A stretch of DNA of 56,952 nt, filler included, from Jimgerdemannia flammicorona (lineage: Eukaryota), in NCBI GenBank assembly GCA_003990765.1. It is 2 parts of 2 records of this genome, joined end to end, with 100 filler letters (N's around TTAATTAATTAA, not from the genome) between each part and the next. Parts side by side here need not be neighbours in the genome. Positions count along the whole stretch, not along the records: positions 28,533 to 56,952 come from RBNJ01000561.1; 1 more part is not named here. One strand, written 5' to 3'. Of the stretch, positions 55,012-56,952 are shown piece by piece. A program made the translations under genes and the position numbers. The notes beneath the pieces are model-generated. The model was not told the origin of the DNA. It worked only from the letters and a program-made list of their open reading frames with translations, and searched no databases. Position 1 is the stretch's first letter; each line of letters begins with the position of its first letter.

Positions 55012-56773
55012 AAGCCTTGCCCACTTCTCAGGCCCATGGTTCTTTGGCCTCTTCACATACAAATGCAATTGGCGGGCCTTCAGAAGCGTATGCTTCCTTT
55101 GAGCCAAACCCATGTTCCACATTAGATTCATTTTATATAGAACACTATTTATCTCACATTAGCCTCCTCATGTACAGGACACTTTGATATAGTTGTAAAT
55201 ATAGTTCAAAATACAGCAAAGTGGCCATTGTGCTTAACATTTGTGCATCTAACATTCATCGTGCAATGCAACTACCATCTTAGATTAGTCAGTTTCAATC
55301 GCTTCCTGTACCCTACCATGCACTTAAACATTTATGCAATGTAATCATGCAATCCACCATCTTAGCTTAGTCAGTTTCAATTGCTTTCTGCACCCTACCT
55401 TAGCTAGCCTGAGCTCCAACTGCATGCCCAAGAGTTAGGCAGTGGCCACACATTTCCCTCAACATACTCTAGCAATCGTCATTAGTAATTCGTATCAATC
55501 AATTTCATGTACCCCTCCCACCCATCCCCCTTTGGAACAATAAATGTGCACCTGGCCTCTTTGCATACGAATGTGATTGGTGGGCCTTCGGAAGTATATG
55601 CTTCCTTTGAGCCAAACCCATGTCCCACATTAGATTCATTTTATATAGAACACTATTCATCTCACATTAGCCTTCTCATGCGTGGGACACTTTGTTATTA
55701 ACTCAATATATAGTGGTATAGTCTGACTATATTATCCTATAAATATTATTAATATATATAAAATCATATAAGTTAATATTAATAAACAATTATTACTTCT
55801 GTCTATCTGTCTTCTAAGTATTCTACAATACTCTCTCATCTTATATTATTACTGATATATTGTTCAATCTTGATTTCTCTTCCTGTTATACTCTTGCTCC
55901 TTATATAGAAAAGACCACTATTATCCAAACTCTCTCTCTACTATAGTTTTCTATCTCTTACTATATTCTACAATAGCTCAATCTGGTAGGCTTTATATTA
56001 TAGATATATTTCGTTAGTCAATATAGCTTCATTAACTTCTATACTACTAATAATATCTATAACTCAAACAGTTCTATTCTATTAGTCTCTTAATATTATC
56101 TAATTCAATAGATATCTACTCTAGCTCTCCAACACCTATGATCAGTTCCTATTAAGATATATCTCTCTGCTATCTGCTCTTTCCATATCAACATAGGTCT
56201 TCCTGACCCTTTGGATAGCTTGATTTGACTCCTCTGAGTTCTTTAGAGTATTAAATGCTAAATTGTTGAATCTCTCTCCTAACTATACCTCTATATCTCT
56301 ATCTCTATATTGGTACAGATACATCTTTTTCCCTAAAAACTACTTACATTTCACAGTAGCCATTATGTTCACATATTTCAGATTTTTTCTGATTTGGTAA
56401 ATTCACCTAAGTTCTCTATCATTTGACCCCAATACTAATCTTATCTGCTCAGATATATAGTTTATACTCTCTAAGTATAAATTCTCCTATATTGCTTAAG
56501 TATCTATCAGGACTCTATATGAAATTCTCCTCCTCAGAGCTCTCTTCTTCTCTTTCTCTATTTACTAGATTTACTACTTTTTCAATATACTAGTAATACT
56601 TTATTTGCTTATATATGGTTTTTATCTGACTAATAGCTCCTTCTTACTACTATTGGGCTCTCAATATCTATATTTACTAGTCTTAGTTTTTGTATCGGGG
56701 TTTTCTCTGATACTGCTGAAATGGGGTTTTTAAACTATGAGATTCAAATTTTTAGGCAGTAGTATAGTGATAC

Positions 56774-56775
<2 letters not shown>

Positions 56776-56814
<39 letters not shown>

Positions 56815-56952
56815 TAACTATAAGACTTCTCTACTGGATATAGTGATAAAGAAATGTTCTATCAAATTATACTACCTTTACTACTTATTAGTATATTAGT
56901 CAATAATATTTTTTGCCTAATAATTTTACTCTTAAGTATATAGCCTTTGATC
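56776..56952. repeat. Near-identical duplicate of 43647-43797
   Basis: T-tract, then 139 bp with a single mismatch to 43659-43797. Confidence 0.9.

Larger units (their letters stand above)
50651..55694 (+). mobile_element. Ngaro-type tyrosine-recombinase retrotransposon, complete architecture
   Basis: Split direct repeats A1 (50651-~51058), B1 (55045-55186), A2 (55187-~55511), B2 (55553-55694). Order gag, RT/RH, YR. No TSD and no methyltransferase seen. Confidence 0.92.
45558..55830 (+). mobile_element. Ty1/Copia LTR retrotransposon, decayed, RT/RH partly deleted, with two nested elements
   Basis: 5' LTR 45558-45700. 3' LTR split (~50635-50650 + 55695-55830). PBS-like AGATTATAAGCCC (cf. GGTTATGGGCCC). 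FDGKDY, LIDSD, RYFITFIDDY, then RT ENDTWHLV...YQIDIKTVFLN. TSD CTCTT/CTCTC. Confidence 0.8.
43647..56770 (-). mobile_element. Highly decayed LINE (APE-RT) interrupted by Copia
   Basis: T-tract at 43647. Minus-strand remnants QYLGV (~44745) and IKKAF (~45335). APE C-terminal IGTDHR at ~56140, on the other side of the Copia. Confidence 0.55.

Overview
Eukaryotic, almost certainly fungal, repeat-dense DNA. Short GT-AG introns, a DUF4436-like gene and the TE repertoire would fit an early-diverging lineage such as Mucoromycota, but the lineage is inferred. The window holds two contigs joined by an artificial N-TTAATTAATTAA-N spacer (28433-28532). Most of it is nested, decayed transposons with strong CpG loss and apparent CpA->TpA loss. 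These include two distinct Gypsy LTR retrotransposons, each with a dUTPase and an extra post-integrase ORF, and a 1.6 kb TG...CA unit encoding a homologue of that ORF. There is also a Copia element, an Ngaro-type tyrosine-recombinase retrotransposon with split direct repeats and a SAP-like Gag motif, LINE remnants, a pogo-type transposase and hAT ends plus a MITE. A ~1.2 kb non-coding poly(A) retroposon occurs four times and inserts at AGAGA sites. The only clear host gene is a 4-exon DUF4436-like membrane protein (37784-39035) in a CpG-intact island, preceded by a degenerate repeat array. All family calls come from motif recognition by eye; no searches were run.
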